64,000 nt of DNA, from NCBI GenBank assembly GCA_028023455.1, contig JAQFVV010000003.1:23374001-23438000 (forward strand), given 5' to 3'. The notes under the pieces are model-generated. The model was given only the letters and a program-made list of their open reading frames with translations. It had not been told where the DNA came from and did no database searches. The translations under genes and the position numbers were made by a program. The DNA comes from Epiperipatus broadwayi (taxonomy: Eukaryota; Animalia; Onychophora). Of the stretch, positions 39,101 to 54,180 are shown piece by piece; the stretch's first letter is position 1, and each line of letters opens with the position of its first letter.

Positions 39101-42100
39101 TAATGGCAAATGTAAATAAACTACCTGAATGGAAGATTTTATATATTGTATTTCTAGTATGGCATTACAGTTCCAATATTTATATTTCAAACTACAAAAC
39201 CAATATTATGTTTTTATTCTTGAGAACTTCTAAATTCAAAATGCATTTGTCAGTTCCATTATTTTATGTATATATTCAAGTTATTCCATTAAATAAGAAT
39301 TACTTGTTTCTTATGATGTTACACACATAAGCATTATTTTATATTTACAATTATATGAAGAGAGATTCTTTCATAAGCAAGTATTATTTGAAAATAATAT
39401 AAATGATTAGATGATATCTTTTACTTAGGCTGATACAATAGAAATTAAACTAATTCATATCTCAGAAAATTTGATCAATTGATCTAATAAACTACACAGG
39501 CAAATAAATATGACTCTCACACACCCTTTTCTGTTTGTATTCTGTTTTTAAAATATACTTAACATACATTTTTACTGAATAAAATATTTTGATGGTTTAC
39601 AACAAAATGAAGCAATTCGATGACTTTTTTTTATCTAAAGAAGTTGTCATTTTCTCATAAAATTTCATCAATAAGCTGCCCTGGTCAATAGGGCAGACAA
39701 TATAGTTTCTTACCTCTCCATCTTGTTTGGTTAATTATCTATTTTTAGAAGAAAAATCATGTAAAGAAATTTATATGTGCTTCTGTTTAAACCAAACACA
39801 GAAAATAAAAGTTTTTATTCAAATTTTTAGTCCTTTTTATAAGATTTTCTTATTGATATCAAATATGAACCAAACTAAAAACTTTAGCTCCCTTGTCTTC
39901 CATTTTATCACTGTAATGTGCTGCAATAGTATACATTTAATAATACTAATGAATAATTGATAGAAATTTAAAAAAACATATGGACAAAAATAGATAGAAA
40001 AAAAAAGATAAGGAAATTATAAATCTAGGAAAGTAATGATATTATGTAGAAGCAATTGTTTCTTGTAACATTTTATCTGTTTGACCTCACAGCAACAATT
40101 ACATAACTGTCTTCTTAGTCATATGCATATTTCTATATCAATCAAGTGAACTATGGTCATGAAACATGGCAAATCCATACTAAACCAATAATAAAAAATA
40201 TGCATTACAAATATGCAGATTTTAAAATAGTTTTTGTTTTTCTAAAAAGCAGATTTTATGACTTCAGTGAGACATATTACTAATTTTTTTGTTAAATGGT
40301 TTGCTTAAAAGCACATTTTATAATTGTATAGATTATTGAAAAAAATGTAGTGTGATCAAGTAGTAAACATCTGATCATCAATAGTCATAAACCATTGATA
40401 ACTACCTAACATCTAAATATTGTGAGATTTCTTAAATTATAAAAACTTATTTTACATGTAAATGTATTGAAATTTTTTTATATTGAAAAATCAAAACAAA
40501 ATAGTGTATATAAGCCAATGAATGCTGTCACATATGGAAATTAACTGAAAATTATAACTAAAGCAGTTTAAGACCCAGTAGGAGTTGTGTTGAGTCAATC
40601 TCATAAGAAAACAACAATAAAGGTAATCTACAAATCTTTAGTTGTAGCTTTGAATGCAAAAATCTTCCTATTTTGCTTGATAGCTCTGATTGATTTCTGT
40701 AATTGTTCTCTTAAATGATTATCACGAGGACAGAAACATATTCTGCTCCAGGAATATTAAAGTTAAAATACCTGACAGAAATGATTAATTAAACTGTAAA
40801 ATCAGTTGTGCAGTACATAAACATGGTGAACAAATAGTAATATTATTACAGTTTTGTTGAATGCTGATAATGAAATGGAGATCAAGTATTCCCTTAAATA
40901 GAGACCAGTTTCCAGAACTTCGTTCAATCATTCTACATCATTTAATAAATATAATTCATATTTCTATCTGAGAATGGTTATACATTAAGTCAAAACAAAC
41001 ACTAAAATATTACATGATAACTATTCTTTATGCTTATATTAGCTGTTAAAGCAGAAGGTAGTACAAACTCTAATAATCTGTATTAATTACCAGAGCTTAC
41101 ACTAGTGGCACTATTGTGTAAAAAAAAAATTTGCTATTGTTTTAAGTCGAAACAAATTAGAAATGTAAAGGAAAAAAAAAGTTTTTGTTGTGAATCAAGA
41201 TTAAAAAATTGAGAGTTTTAAATGCCAACTTATTACATTTGTATTTTCAAGAAGGCAGATGCAAATAATGGTTGTAATTATGATCTTTAAAACTGTCATA
41301 TAATAATTAATGAATAAACAGTTTTCAAATAAAGATGAGATTGCATTTTGAATCACATTTTATATTTTTTTGTTAAAGAAAATGATAATTTATAAAAAAT
41401 AATAAAGTAAAAAAAAAGGTTAGTAATGCTTGTGAAGTCAGAATAAAAGAGATTATAAGTTTAGATCAGTATTAATCATTCAAAAATTAAAAATTTTGAA
41501 TCAATATTAAACTCAATTATTTCCTATCTTCAATGTAACACGATCTTCTGAGCAATGTACTATTTTATTACTTTGCTCTAAGTGATTTAGCACAGTAGTA
41601 TACTAAAGTATTCAGAAATTAAAGATAAAGGTATATAGATGACAGCTGGAGTTTATTACTTTTGGTGTTCAAATGTTTGTCATGTGACTGACAAATCATT
41701 TGATTCCTTTTTACCCTATATGGTTTAATATAGTGTTAGAATAATGTACCTGCTAACTAAAGATTAAAACTTCTGATGCTCTGGTATTATACAATAACAA
41801 TAAACCATTCAATTAGTATTAGTATTATTAGTGTGTGGTCAAGCTTGAGCAAATACAAATTTTGAATAATTAATCTGCTTCATTAAGATAAGCACGTGAT
41901 TGTCCATCAGATTAATATGTTTTCTTAAGAAGATTAAAATCCAATTTAATAAATGCATACTGATTTCAAGTAAAAAATAATTATGCTTTAGAAAAATGGA
42001 TTTAAAATATTATTTGATATCAGGAAGAAAGGATATTAAAGTACAATTATTATTATAAATAAAAAAAGAATGACAAAACTTCTTTGTTGGACTAAACATT

Positions 42101-43439
42101 ATTACTAGATTACTACTCTTTACTAAATAGTAATTAGAGCTGAATATGCTTAATTATCATCTGCATCAAGTAGGAGAAATGACACTCTATAAGTAAATGA
42201 AGAAGCCATTTGAAATATATTTTGTGATAACAGTGAACTTACAATAAATAGAACATAGGACATATAACATTGGTAGCAAATTAGATTTACTTTTATGTTT
42301 GACATTCTCATCTTTTATGCTACTATTATGGTTAATAATAATCATCAGCCATTTCTATCAACAATAATTTAGAATGCTATTAGATTTGATTCCCCAGGAT
42401 GATTCACTGACAAACTTCCTATTTATAATTAGTTGTTTCTACTGTATGAATAAATATAATATAGTTATTGTCTGTGTACAAACACAGACAATAAATATGT
42501 TATATTTATTCAATATATACAATCGTCAGCAATTTTTATCTAAGAATAGAAAAGATGAAAAAGCTCTTAAAAAAGAATACATATGAAGAAAAGTGAAAAG
42601 GCTACATATCAGCTACCTTGCAAGAAAGTGTAGGTAATGAAAAAGTATCAAACTGTCATTGCAGGTTTTGATATCTAGGTGTTTACTCTCTAGCTCATTT
42701 AAGCAAAGGTTGTTCACAAAATGCATACATAGTGAGATAGGGTAGTCTGAGTTAGTTTCTGGACTGTATACCATATAATATTAAATCATCCATGCATCTA
42801 CTGTTACACAATACTTTATTTATCACCCTCTTTTACAGTTTACAGTTTCAATTGCCCTAGCAATTTTCTTCAGAACTTTTATATCTTCTAACTGCTAAAT
42901 TAAAATTTTAAAATTTTTACCATTATACTTTTACTATTATAGTTTCTGGACTGATGAATGGTTGTGATACAATAGAATTGAGCTGAAGGTTGCATTGATA
43001 AAAACAATAAAGCTTGAAAATATTAGCTGATTATCTGTGAGAACAAAAATATAGTGCAAACATAGTATTTTAGAATTCATTGTAATCTTGCAATATTTTA
43101 AGTACCATGTTTAGCTAGACAATAAGTAGTAGGACCAAGTCATAACACATGAGCATTATTTGTTATAACTTGTTGTCATTGCTTGCTACTTCTTAACTAT
43201 TTTCATTCTGTCATTGAACTACATGTAAAATAATAATGCAGCTTATATCATTAATTGGATAAAACAAAACAAAAAAACACGTGGCTCCAGCTTATACAAT
43301 GCTTTCCATGAACAAATTCTATTTAAACTAATTTCAGTTTGGTTATCTGTATAATTAATGATTTAATTTATAATATACCAGTTCTGATACATATTGTAGC
43401 AGAATAAACAATAGATTGTAGTGCTTATTAAATACCTAT

Positions 43440-43800
43440 TCAGTACTATTCTACTCATATTCCCAAACTATCCAGTGGTATTCTATCCATATTCCCAGAC
43501 TAGTTAGTATCTGGTTTATGACTTTAGCAAGGGTTTTTAGACCTGGAATTATTATAGTTAAATTTTTTTTTTTAGATTTTTTTATCTCTTACCTTTCTTA
43601 TTCCTACACTAAAATTAATAATAATTTTGAATTTCAGGTTGGCAGCATAGTAGAACAAAAAAAAAGAGTAAAATGATCATTAGACTCAAAAATTCAAGGT
43701 GCACTAAATCTAGATCCAAATCTCCTCACTGATGAAGATCATTAAACAAAAACTAGTTCAGGGATATGAATAAAATTGCACTGAATATGAGTTTAATAAG
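43440..43800. repeat. Degenerate family B fragments in opposite orientations
   Basis: TATTCCCAGACTAGTT (minus-strand stem III/I) near 43490-43505; CTCCTCA-CTGATGA-AG...AAAA-CTAG on plus near 43722-43760. Confidence 0.5.
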
Positions 43801-43883
43801 GACTATAATCTATAGCTTATATTGCTACAATAAATATCAGAACTGGTCTATTATAATTTGAACCATTAATTAATTATACAGAT

Positions 43884-44164
43884 AGTATAGGGATTTGAAC
43901 TCAGATTTTCAAGCACTCTTCAACTATCCACACTATCTCATACAACTGATACACATGACCATACACATGTAGAAAATATAAATAATCACCAATATATGTA
44001 TTTCATGATAATCTGGACCAACTGATGAGTGCTGGTTTAGCATGAAATACGTATAATGTTGATTATTTATCTTTTCTACATGTGTATGGTCATGTGTATC
44101 AGTTGTATGAGATAGTGTGGATAGTTGAAGGGTGCTTGAAAATCTGAGTTCAAATCCCTATACT
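43884..44164. mobile_element. Family A inverted repeat (two ~124-bp arms) enclosing a hammerhead
   Basis: 43884-44007 is the near-perfect reverse complement of 44041-44164; 33-bp spacer holds the 5' half of the ribozyme. Confidence 0.85.
44008..44066 (+). ncRNA. Type I hammerhead motif (family A), catalytic core intact
   Basis: CCAA-CTGATGA(44022-28)-GTGCT-GGTTT-AGCAT-GAAA(44044-47)-TACGTA-TA; predicted cleavage after 44055; the 3' strand of stem I has two mismatches (ATGT for TTGG). Confidence 0.75.
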
Positions 44165-44399
44165 TACAATTAAAGCTCCCAGGTTTGTGAAGAGTACCTG
44201 GTTTTCAAATATTTATACAGATAGATAAAACACATATACATTAAAAATTGAATCTAAAAAATATTGAAAGTTTCAAATCATGAAATTAGTCCTTTTCTTT
44301 ATTAAGAGACCATTTAAATAATTTCGAAGAGAAATACTGGAACATTAAAAGAGATAGTAAGTCATAAGTAGCTATAGAACTTTATAAATTTTTGAAAAT

Positions 44400-45020
44400 T
44401 ATAAAATAATTTGGTTTTGTTTCTGAATGAACATTATACCGTGCTCTCGTGAATTCGAAGTTATTTACGCGCTTAGCAAATTATTATAAATATTAGCATT
44501 TCATTGAATGTCTATACTATATAGACTCGGAACAAAGTATAGACCAGTTGAACAGAAGTATTTCGTAGTGAAAAAAAAAAAAATAACGACTTAATATTAC
44601 CATAAAAAATGAAATTACAAATTAATAGCTAAATTAGATTTATAAATGTACTATACTTTTTCCCCACCTTTCTTTTATCAGAATTTCATTACTTCCATGA
44701 CTTTAAAAAACTCTTGGAGCTTTCCTTTCGGTTGTCAAAACCTCAAACCTAATCCTGCGGTAAGAATATTTTTTTAATGTTTTGAAAAAATTATTTTAGC
44801 GCTATTAATGCGAAATAAAACTAGTGTTTAATGTGAAATTTAAATATTAAGAAAAAAGAGTGCATTGGAAGCAAGACCGCAGGTGTTAGACCCCTAGGGG
44901 ATTAGCTCACAGTGTGTTAAACACGCGACCCGGATTAATCAAAAAGCCCACAAGGAAATGTTATTATAATGATTAATAATATTTTTTGTACTAAAATATT
45001 TTTTGAAGTCGGCGTGCTAT
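44400..45020 (+). promoter_or_regulatory. CpG-retaining island, candidate promoter/first exon with 5' splice site
   Basis: Local excess of CpG versus CpG-depleted flanks; CCTGCG/GTAAGA donor-like site at ~44759/44760. Confidence 0.35.
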
Positions 45021-45449
45021 TAGTATTCTTTTTTAAAAAAGAAATTATATACAATATATGTTATTTGCAAACAATAATAAATGAATACATCCCGCAAATT
45101 TGAACAAGTTAATACACACATTTAACTCCATGGATAACATTTATAAATGGTTTTGACTCTTGGGATTCGTAAAACTTGTGTTCAAAATAACATTTCATAT
45201 GCATACACACTGGCAAATGCAATTAACATTCATATAATCAACACTTTCTATAAGTGCAACTCTTTTTCTAACAATTCTTAAAAATGGTAAAATATTTAAA
45301 CAATATGTGTACATTTATCGGAATAGCGCTATAGAAAGTAGATTGGACTATTTTACAAATTATATTGATGAATGTCTCTGAATTTGGTGGTGGTGGTGGT
45401 GGTGGGGGAGGGCTCTTAGTTTTATTATCTCATTCTAAAATATTAGTAT

Positions 45450-46290
45450 TGATTGCACACTTGGTCTTTTTTAAGTCTCTTTATAATTATAGGAATAAAG
45501 CCTTCATTTGTCCAGGTCTTGTAATCTTTTTTTAGTAAATATTCAATCCAATTTCATTTCATCCATTTATGCTTCCAATGATATCTGGTTTTAATATTAA
45601 TTTTATTTTCAAATTCCATCACTATTAATTCTAACATACATCCTAGCATAAATTACTCTATTCTCTGTAGTTCAGTATTGTTCTTTTATTAAGTGTCCAA
45701 ATCTCAAATTCATTGGAAAAATATATTTATATTTTTTTTAAAAAAGAACATAGGCATATTTTCTTTTAATAGATTGTTTTGCCAAAAGCATTCCATCCAG
45801 ATTTAATTCATAATTTTTTGAAATTTATTCTATATTTTCTATCTATGTAAATGATTTGTTAAGGAAATTGCAGTTAGCAAGAACTCAAAATGTAGTTTTA
45901 CCACTTAAGACTCATTTTAGATCAAGATTCCCTTTTTGAATGTTTAATCAAGACTATATATTCAAAGAATTATAATATGAAAATGAAATTCTTATGATAT
46001 TCCAAGCAAATTTCTTTTTCTAGATCCAATAATCAAGTCATTTGGATTTAATCTTTTTAGATGCAACTAGCATTCTAACTAACAGATTCAAGTCCGCCCA
46101 ATGTAATTTATGTCAAATACAAATCCTGAACCACATAGTTTATGACTATGATTGAATGAAAGTTTTAATAAAACCACCAGTGATTTAATCTCTTGGTTAA
46201 AACCTTTACAGATTTCTTATGATATTTTGTTAATAATTAAGCTGCTGTAAAAAAATTATAATAATAAATCCATTGTATTTATCTGAAATG
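45450..46290 (-). mobile_element. Possible ancient L1-like LINE remnant
   Basis: Minus-strand GGL-containing segment reminiscent of the post-RT region; highly degenerate. Confidence 0.25.
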
Positions 46291-46927
46291 GATGGCATCA
46301 AAATTGTGAGTGGAGGAAGTTTGACAATGATAAATGAAAATGTAACAGTAAATGAATAATATAGTTCTCGATTATTTCTAATTTATCCCTCTTCCCTTTA
46401 TTTTTTTTATGAGTAAAAACTCATTAAGCATTTAGGCTTTATTTATGTTTGATCTTATTTTTTATTTTTTATCTGATAGCTATTGTAACATTTTCTGATG
46501 CATTATTAATGAAAATAATCTCATCATTCACAGAAAATCAAAATGATATAAATAAACTCCATTTACTTTTATTATTTTAAATGCAAACTTTAGTTTAAAA
46601 TTATAGATAAATTTTATCTTAGTTTTTGTTAACTCCTGCCTTTCAACAGCCATTTTTAATGATTTATGTATAACTTAGAACTCAAAATTAAAACAAATTA
46701 AACATTTTAGCAAATTATATTTCATTGATTGTGTAAAATACTAAGAGTAATTGCTAATAAAAGATATTTATGTAAAATAGTCTTAAATAGTTATCCTAAA
46801 GAAAAAGCTTCTCTAACATCCCTCCATAGAGAAAATGAAAAGAGAACATTCAACAGGCTGATTAAGTGCTGACTAGTGAGAAGTTATATGTTCTTTGTCT
46901 TACTCTCTAGCAAATTATGTAATAAAA

Positions 46928-47347
46928 CAGTGGTGGCCAACAAGTGGATCCTGATCCACTGGTCCATTGCGAAGTCAATCTGGCAAGAGCTGTTAGCGAG
47001 TGAAACAAATTAAGTCAAGATTTTCAAGTTTTTTTGTTATTTTTGTTCTAATTTTTTTTTCAATTCTATATGGGTGAAGTCCACTAAGTCATATCATTAT
47101 TGAAAATAATATTTTTAATCTTGACTTAATGTAGCTAATTTGAATTAATAAATATTGTTGCTTTAATTCCCCAGACATGAGTTTTTTGGCCCGTTAAATT
47201 TTTTTTTATTTTTATGAAGGTAGATATATAAAAATAGTATATATTTCACACCTCCTCCACTTAGCTACACCCATGACAACAAGTCAATCGCAACACATTT
47301 TCAAAATAAAAAGTAGATCTTATGAATACAAAAGTTGGCCACCCCTG
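46928..47347. mobile_element. hAT MITE
   Basis: TIR CAGTGGTGGCCAAC/GTTGGCCACCCCTG (13/14); 8-bp TSD TAATAAAA/TAATAAAC. Confidence 0.85.
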
Positions 47348-48108
47348 TAATAAACCATTTCACTGCTTAATACTGGACACTGTACCAACTACCTAAACTT
47401 TTCTTGGAACATAAAAAAATTCCACATTGCACATGAATTTAAAACAGATTATGCACATAACAGATAAAAGTACTAATTATTATGCCATAAAATCTTTCAT
47501 ATATATATATAAGATATAAAATAAGGAACAAATGAAATCATTGACCAAAAGTCAAACAAGCTGTAAAAACAATTGCAATTTGATAATATATAAAATAATA
47601 ATAATATTAGGCTTAGTTAGGATTTTCATAATATATACTATAATACGAGGAGCCACATGGATAAGAATACAATAAATAAATATTATCAATATAATAATTA
47701 ATATTTAATAAACAAAAAAAACTCTCAACTTACTAGAGTAATTAGGTTATATTAGATTTTCTCATAACATTTTTGTTATAATATCCTTCCTTCCAATAAT
47801 AACACATCTAACAATGCTATTTTCAACATTTCATCGCAGTGATCAGATCCACATTTAAAAATCTGATAAACAATTATGTTTTTTATATTTTGTGCCACCT
47901 TGCTTTTTAAAAGAATTTCTTTTGTAAAATAATTTATTTTCACTATTGATTATAATATTAAGATCTCAGAGTTCTTTAATTAAACATTTATAATATTAAA
48001 ATTTTACTCTTTTATTTTATTTAAGAAATATTAGGCAATGAATGTAATCCTAATAAAAATATAAGGAGACATACTCTTATACCATAAAATAATGTCTACC
48101 TAATTTAC

Positions 48109-48176
48109 AATAACAATAACAATAATGATAATAATGATGATGATAATGATAATAATGATGATGATGATGATAATAA
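48109..48176. repeat. Imperfect (AAC/AAT/GAT)n microsatellite
   Basis: Direct reading. Confidence 0.9.
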
Positions 48177-51100
48177 ATCTTTTTAAATAAAATATCTACA
48201 ATACTAAAGACATAAAAAAACTCTTAATTTAGAAAAAATAATAATCTACTAGGATAGCATTCAAACATCATGGGTTGGTAAGGGATTTTATGACCACTCA
48301 GGATATCCTACAATAATTCATATCAGTCTTTCTTATGAAGTTAATATGAATAATGTCAGCATTTAAATTTATGATGATTCACCAATGGTAATTTTATGAA
48401 TAATGCAAATAATAATTTTGTCACATCAGCAATCTTCTTCTAATAAATGAATATTTAATTAAAGTGATCATTTAAAATTAAGGAAATGAATGAATAATCT
48501 ATTTCTTAGATGCTTCCTTAACATTTGCTGACTATTTTAGCAAAATGATTATTATATTAAATTTTTATGTGTATGTATCAACATAAAATATAATTGTATA
48601 ATAGTTTATAATGTCAAGATTTCTGATTAGATAATATGTGATAGTGATGTATTGAAAATAGATGATATATGTAAAAATAAAAATAACATTTATTTGACCA
48701 ATAAGGACAATTAAATAAATAGCTGCTTTGAAAATATACAATCTTTCCAGCAAGCTATTCTGACACTATGCTATACAATTAATTTACTGTGTTAGAGAAA
48801 CACTTTTAAAGAGTTTACAGGGTATAATAATAAAATAATTTTACAAATTAAATGATAATTGACTATAGTTAACTTTGTCTGACTGGAAAAAGCTTTTTCT
48901 AGCATGAGCATTATCACAAAAAGTTATACATTTATGCAACAATTATATTATTATGTTGTCCCAACAATGAGTACATTTAAATAATAAGCATGTCTTACCA
49001 ATCCAGTGATAAAATCAATGCTAGAAGGAATGTATATTACTTATTGAAAGTCTATAAATACAATTTTAATGTGTAAATAAATATCAGTTTTACAATCTGC
49101 AATACAGGCAAATCACAGCAAAAATAGACATACACATCAAAAACATCCATAATCTACACTTAGAATATCCAAAACTGCAATAGAAGAAAAGATGACATTC
49201 CTCATAACAATATCAATTGCCAAAAATAATACTCATGATGGTACACTACACATGGCTCCATAGAATATATACTAATATAATGCATCTGAGAGAAAAAGAT
49301 AAATAAGGCAATGAACTTAAATGATAGCATGAACACAAAAGAAGCACCTACATTTTGAAAGCAAAATTATGCTAGGATTTAGTTTCTGAACATAAGGAAA
49401 ATAATAACGAATGATAAAAATATTAGGAATAATAACAACTGCCTTAAATAACACATTTATGCTAAATATAAAACATGAAAACATAACTCAGGGAATATAC
49501 TATAATAAGAAAGAGATACACTATAATCTATAAAATATATGTGCTAGCAAATTAAACATCCATAAGAAAGATACAACTATGATCTCTTGGATAATATGTC
49601 AAAATAAGCATGAACAATAAAACAAGAGAGATTAATGGCACAATCTCTTAAACAAATATAATAATTAACTGTTTTGTGAAACTGATAATAAAATTATTTG
49701 TCAATTCTGTCCTAATAAAAATATGACCTGAAATAAAAAATAAAAATATACAGCATCTTTATTGGTGCTGCATAAACTCATATATTCTAATAAATCAATA
49801 AATTACTCATGTCAGGGGCAAATGATACTCTAAAATTATATAGCATTAGAAAATGTAAATATTCTGTGAATTTCTGGATATTATACTTTACAAATAATGC
49901 ATGAAAATATATCAGACAAAAATGCATAATATAAACAAGTATACATGGAAAATTATAATAACATAAACTTATAATTTAAAATTATACCCAGTTTATTAAA
50001 AATAAATAGTTAAAAGTTCTTTATACTGGAGGTTCTACCATTCAACAGGATACAATTCTGCAATTACCATCCTGCAAACAGAGAAATTTTTTTCTAATGT
50101 TAAAAACATCTCGAATTTAAAATCATATGTATACAATTCAAAATGTTTTTTATAAGCAACAGATTTTCTGGTAAGCATGAACTCCAAAATATATCAATGA
50201 CTATTCAACTTTTTATGAATAAATATTTAAATATGATGCCAGCAATCTCTAGCATAATATATTAGCTTTTCATTAATTCATCGAAAATATATAACTTAAT
50301 GATGAGGTATGGGATCATATATTCTTTGGATAATTCAGGTTTCATTATAGAGCAGATATTTTTAAATGTCATAATCTTAATGAGGATAATAATGAAGCAT
50401 ATAGTACTGCAGGTTTATAATAAAAAGTTAATCGTGTAATAAGCTTAAAAGATAATTCACTTAAAAGCATTTTATATTTTTTATAACAATATGACTGTTC
50501 TAGTTATTCAGTACAGTCTGTAGTTAAATGACAATAATAGTAATTTTTTAAAATATGAGATATTTTTCCTACCACTAGCTTGTATTAGTTATAAGTTAAA
50601 GGTTTTGTGAGCTAATGCTTTCATTTAACCATCAAGATGACAAATACGTAATTAAAATGCCATCTCAAAACTAATGAATTGGTTCTGCCATCTGGAATTT
50701 TAATAATACATTCATTAAAATAATGAATTATTCTGAAAAAAAAACCATAAGTTAAAGGTAAGGCAATATTGAAATAAATATATATTTTAAATAGACATTG
50801 CTAAAGAATAAACATTTTAAAGTCTTAATAATATTTATTGTAAGTAAAAAATCAATAATCAGTAAGAGTTCTTACATAAGTGTGAAAATTCATAGAAAAT
50901 TCCATTGAAATAGTAATTCTGCATAAAATAACTTAATACCTGTTGAAGAATAATTATTCAAACTTTCCAACATGTTTAATAGTGATGTAGATATTAGACA
51001 TTCTAGTAAACTTCAGTTTAAAGCTTTAGCATTTAAATTAAAACTTAGTTAAAGATACATACTACTTTAATAAAATAAAATTGATTAAAAATAATTAAAC

Positions 51101-53269
51101 AAAATTATTAAAAAATAATTCTGCAACTCGATAATCAATTAAAGAAAAGAATAAAAGTAATAATAATAGTAATAGTAAGAAAGTGTGTGCAAAGTCTTTC
51201 TCTTTTCTATTCATGATCATGTGATTAATCTTGATGATTAAAAGTGACATTTTGGATCATCTCCTATTTAACCTATTTCATTAGAGTTTAAAGATTTATT
51301 TGGTATTTTGAGAAACACGATTAAAAATAAATTTGTTTTTATATTATCTAGACTTTTAATTAAAAATATTAAAGTATTTATGAAATTAAAATTATTACAA
51401 TAAAATAAATATTGTATAATAAGTTACATTCTTTTAAAACATTAATTTACATTACTCTTTTAAACAATATAAAACATATTTAACAAATATAAAGTTCTTC
51501 CAGAATGCTTTTTATTGTTTTTAATTAAAAAAATTTAAGAACAATTAAATATTGCAATAAAAAAGTGAATGTTGAAAATTAAAATGCAAGCACACTCACA
51601 CACATTCTCTAATGCTTTTTTATTTGTAAACTAATAACTTTCATTATTAATAATAAATTAACTCTTTATATTCTTTTAATTAACAATGCTTATCTTTATT
51701 TTCACTGACTTAATCTTATTGCAATTAGCATTAAGAAAAATATATTTTATTAACAAATGACTTAAATAAAAATTCACTTAACATTAAAGGTTTAAATTCA
51801 GTTATTTTACATTTAATTTGAACATTGAATTTTAATATACCAGAAGTTATACTAAAATAATTTTAGCTTTTAATAGTTTTAATATTAATTTTTTATTATA
51901 CAGGGTAAAAATATACATAATTTAAGCAATTGGAGGTCATTTATAACTACAGGTGGGTTTAAATTACTACAATAAAATATCAAGATAACCTTTAAAAATA
52001 ATTAAAATTTGTGAAAGTCCTCAACAATGACTTAAAGATTAAACTAACATTTAATGATTAAGCCCTGATAAATTGACTTGGAATAGAAATTAACTTATTG
52101 AAATTTTTTGATATACTTGAACAATTAGATGTTTGGAGATTTGGCTTTACTGACAAAGTTAAAGTTACAATATATATTAGTTTTTAATTTTTTATTTTTA
52201 CTTTTATCAATGCATTTCTTAATTCTATCATATAATCTTCCACCAGCAAAAAATAACAGCTCATCTCCCACTATGCATGCATTTTGGAAACAATTTTTAC
52301 TTTTCAGGCAAGCCTAGATATATGAAACAATTAACTTTCCATGTTAATGTTGACAGCTTCATACATTTATTACATTACTCTCACACAATATAGGGATTGG
52401 TTTCTATCCACTTTTGACTGAAAGGCTGAACAATGTTTGACAAGGGGATCTAATTTTCTGCATCTATAATTGATTGTTATGTAGTGGAATTAATGCACTG
52501 ATAAAAACCAAAAAAATATCAATAGTATTAATTAACAATTGAACATAAGATATTATATAATTAAAATATGAAATATACAAACTAGTAAGATAATTATCAC
52601 TTGTGAATAGACTTGATAAAAATTATTGATAAATCTTCAGAAATAATTAATCCAAAAGTATAATTTACTTATTGATCTAAGACTTTGATCCTAGATCAAT
52701 GACCTGATGTTGGTAGGAATAAAATACTGGAAATAAGTTATCTCTTTACTTTTTTAACATTATCTATTTAGACATTTCAAATGGGTAGATATATCTTAAT
52801 TTATTGTTAAATATTCTTTTGTTTCACTTGTGATGAGCCTGTTTTTAAAAAAGTGTTCCTGAGATTTTTTCATTGTACGAACAAAAAATCCTATATACTT
52901 CTTTCTTCTTCTTCTATTTATTTATAAAAATGGTATTAAAAATTATTGTTGCAATAAACAATGAATCTTATACTATTGATATATTATTGTTTATAATAAA
53001 CTAATTAAACTATAGTCTGCTTTAGTCCCTGAATTGACAAGTTTTACACAAAAACAACCTAAAATAAATCATTGATGTCAAATCCAGATATGTAAACTGC
53101 AAAAAACATAGTATTTTTTTGATATATTTTATCTTTTTTTCAAAAGTTCACTGATGCCTACAGTTAGTTTATAAATAAGATTACTAAAATATATAATTTT
53201 TAAAAATTTAATTAATATATGCATCAGACAAGTTGCTGGAGTTTAAAATCTTAAGATGTTTGAAAATTT

Positions 53270-53564
53270 ACAAAGGTAAAACTCTCCATACAATAGCCAC
53301 TCAGTGCAATCCAGAGTAATAAATGGATGCAGAAAGATTTGTACATAAAATCCCTATCTAATGTTTACTTATCTAATATTCCCAGACTAGTTTCTAGCTT
53401 GTAGCTTTCATCAGTGAGGAGCCTTGGATCTGAGAGCAGTGCACCTAGATCTTAGGATCAAATGCAACCCTTCAACAGCCATCTTTTACTTTTTTTAGCT
53501 AACTATAAAGCTTTGAATTCAACATGAAAACACAATACTGTTTTTCAAGTTAAAATTCATTAAA

Positions 53565-53606
<42 letters not shown>

Positions 53607-53614
53607 TTTATATG

Positions 53615-53650
<36 letters not shown>

Positions 53651-54180
53651 GAACTCAGTTCAGCAGCCATACTTTTTGGTGTCTTTGATTCTTTAATAAC
53701 CAGTCACCATAATCCTATTGGGCAGGGTTGACATTAAACCATCAAACATCACATCCTGCTCAATAGGATTATGATGACTGTGATTATTAAAGAACCAAAG
53801 ACACCAAAAAATGTGGATGCTAAACTAAGTTCGGATCTATACAACTGTACAAGCTAATGAGCTTAGCTTGAAAACATTGTGTTTTCATTTTGGATTCAAA
53901 GCTTTATAGTTAGCTAAAAAGTAAAAGGTGTATGCTGGAGAATTACATTAGATCATAAGATCTAGGTGGTGCTCTCAGATACAAGGCTTCTCACTGATGA
54001 AATCCACAAACTAAAAACTTGTCTGGGGATATTGGATGAATAGGCATTAGATAGAGATTTTATGCACAAATCTTCCTGCATCCATTGATTACTCTGGCTT
54101 GCACTGAATAATTCTACTGTGTGGAGAGTTTTGCCTCTGTGAAAAACACCTTGTGTAAACATAAAAAATGGTGATCATGG
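53270..54180. mobile_element. Family B head-to-head inverted pair with (TA)n expansion
   Basis: Minus unit ~53270-53755 and plus unit ~53755-54180; (TA)n at ~53569-53648; hammerheads at 53371-53429(-) and ~53978-54037(+, decayed). Confidence 0.8.
53371..53429 (-). ncRNA. Type I hammerhead motif (family B), best-preserved copy
   Basis: Minus: ATCCAAGGC-TCCTCA-CTGATGA-A-AGC-TACAA-GCT-A-GAAA-CTAG-TC/TGGGAA-TATTAGAT; palindromic stem III ACTAGT, GUC cleavage triplet (after 53385). Confidence 0.75.

Noticed and set aside
42945-42990. CTGATGA-ATGGTTG...CAATA-GAAT
   Set aside because: No GAAA and no stem I/III; likely chance.
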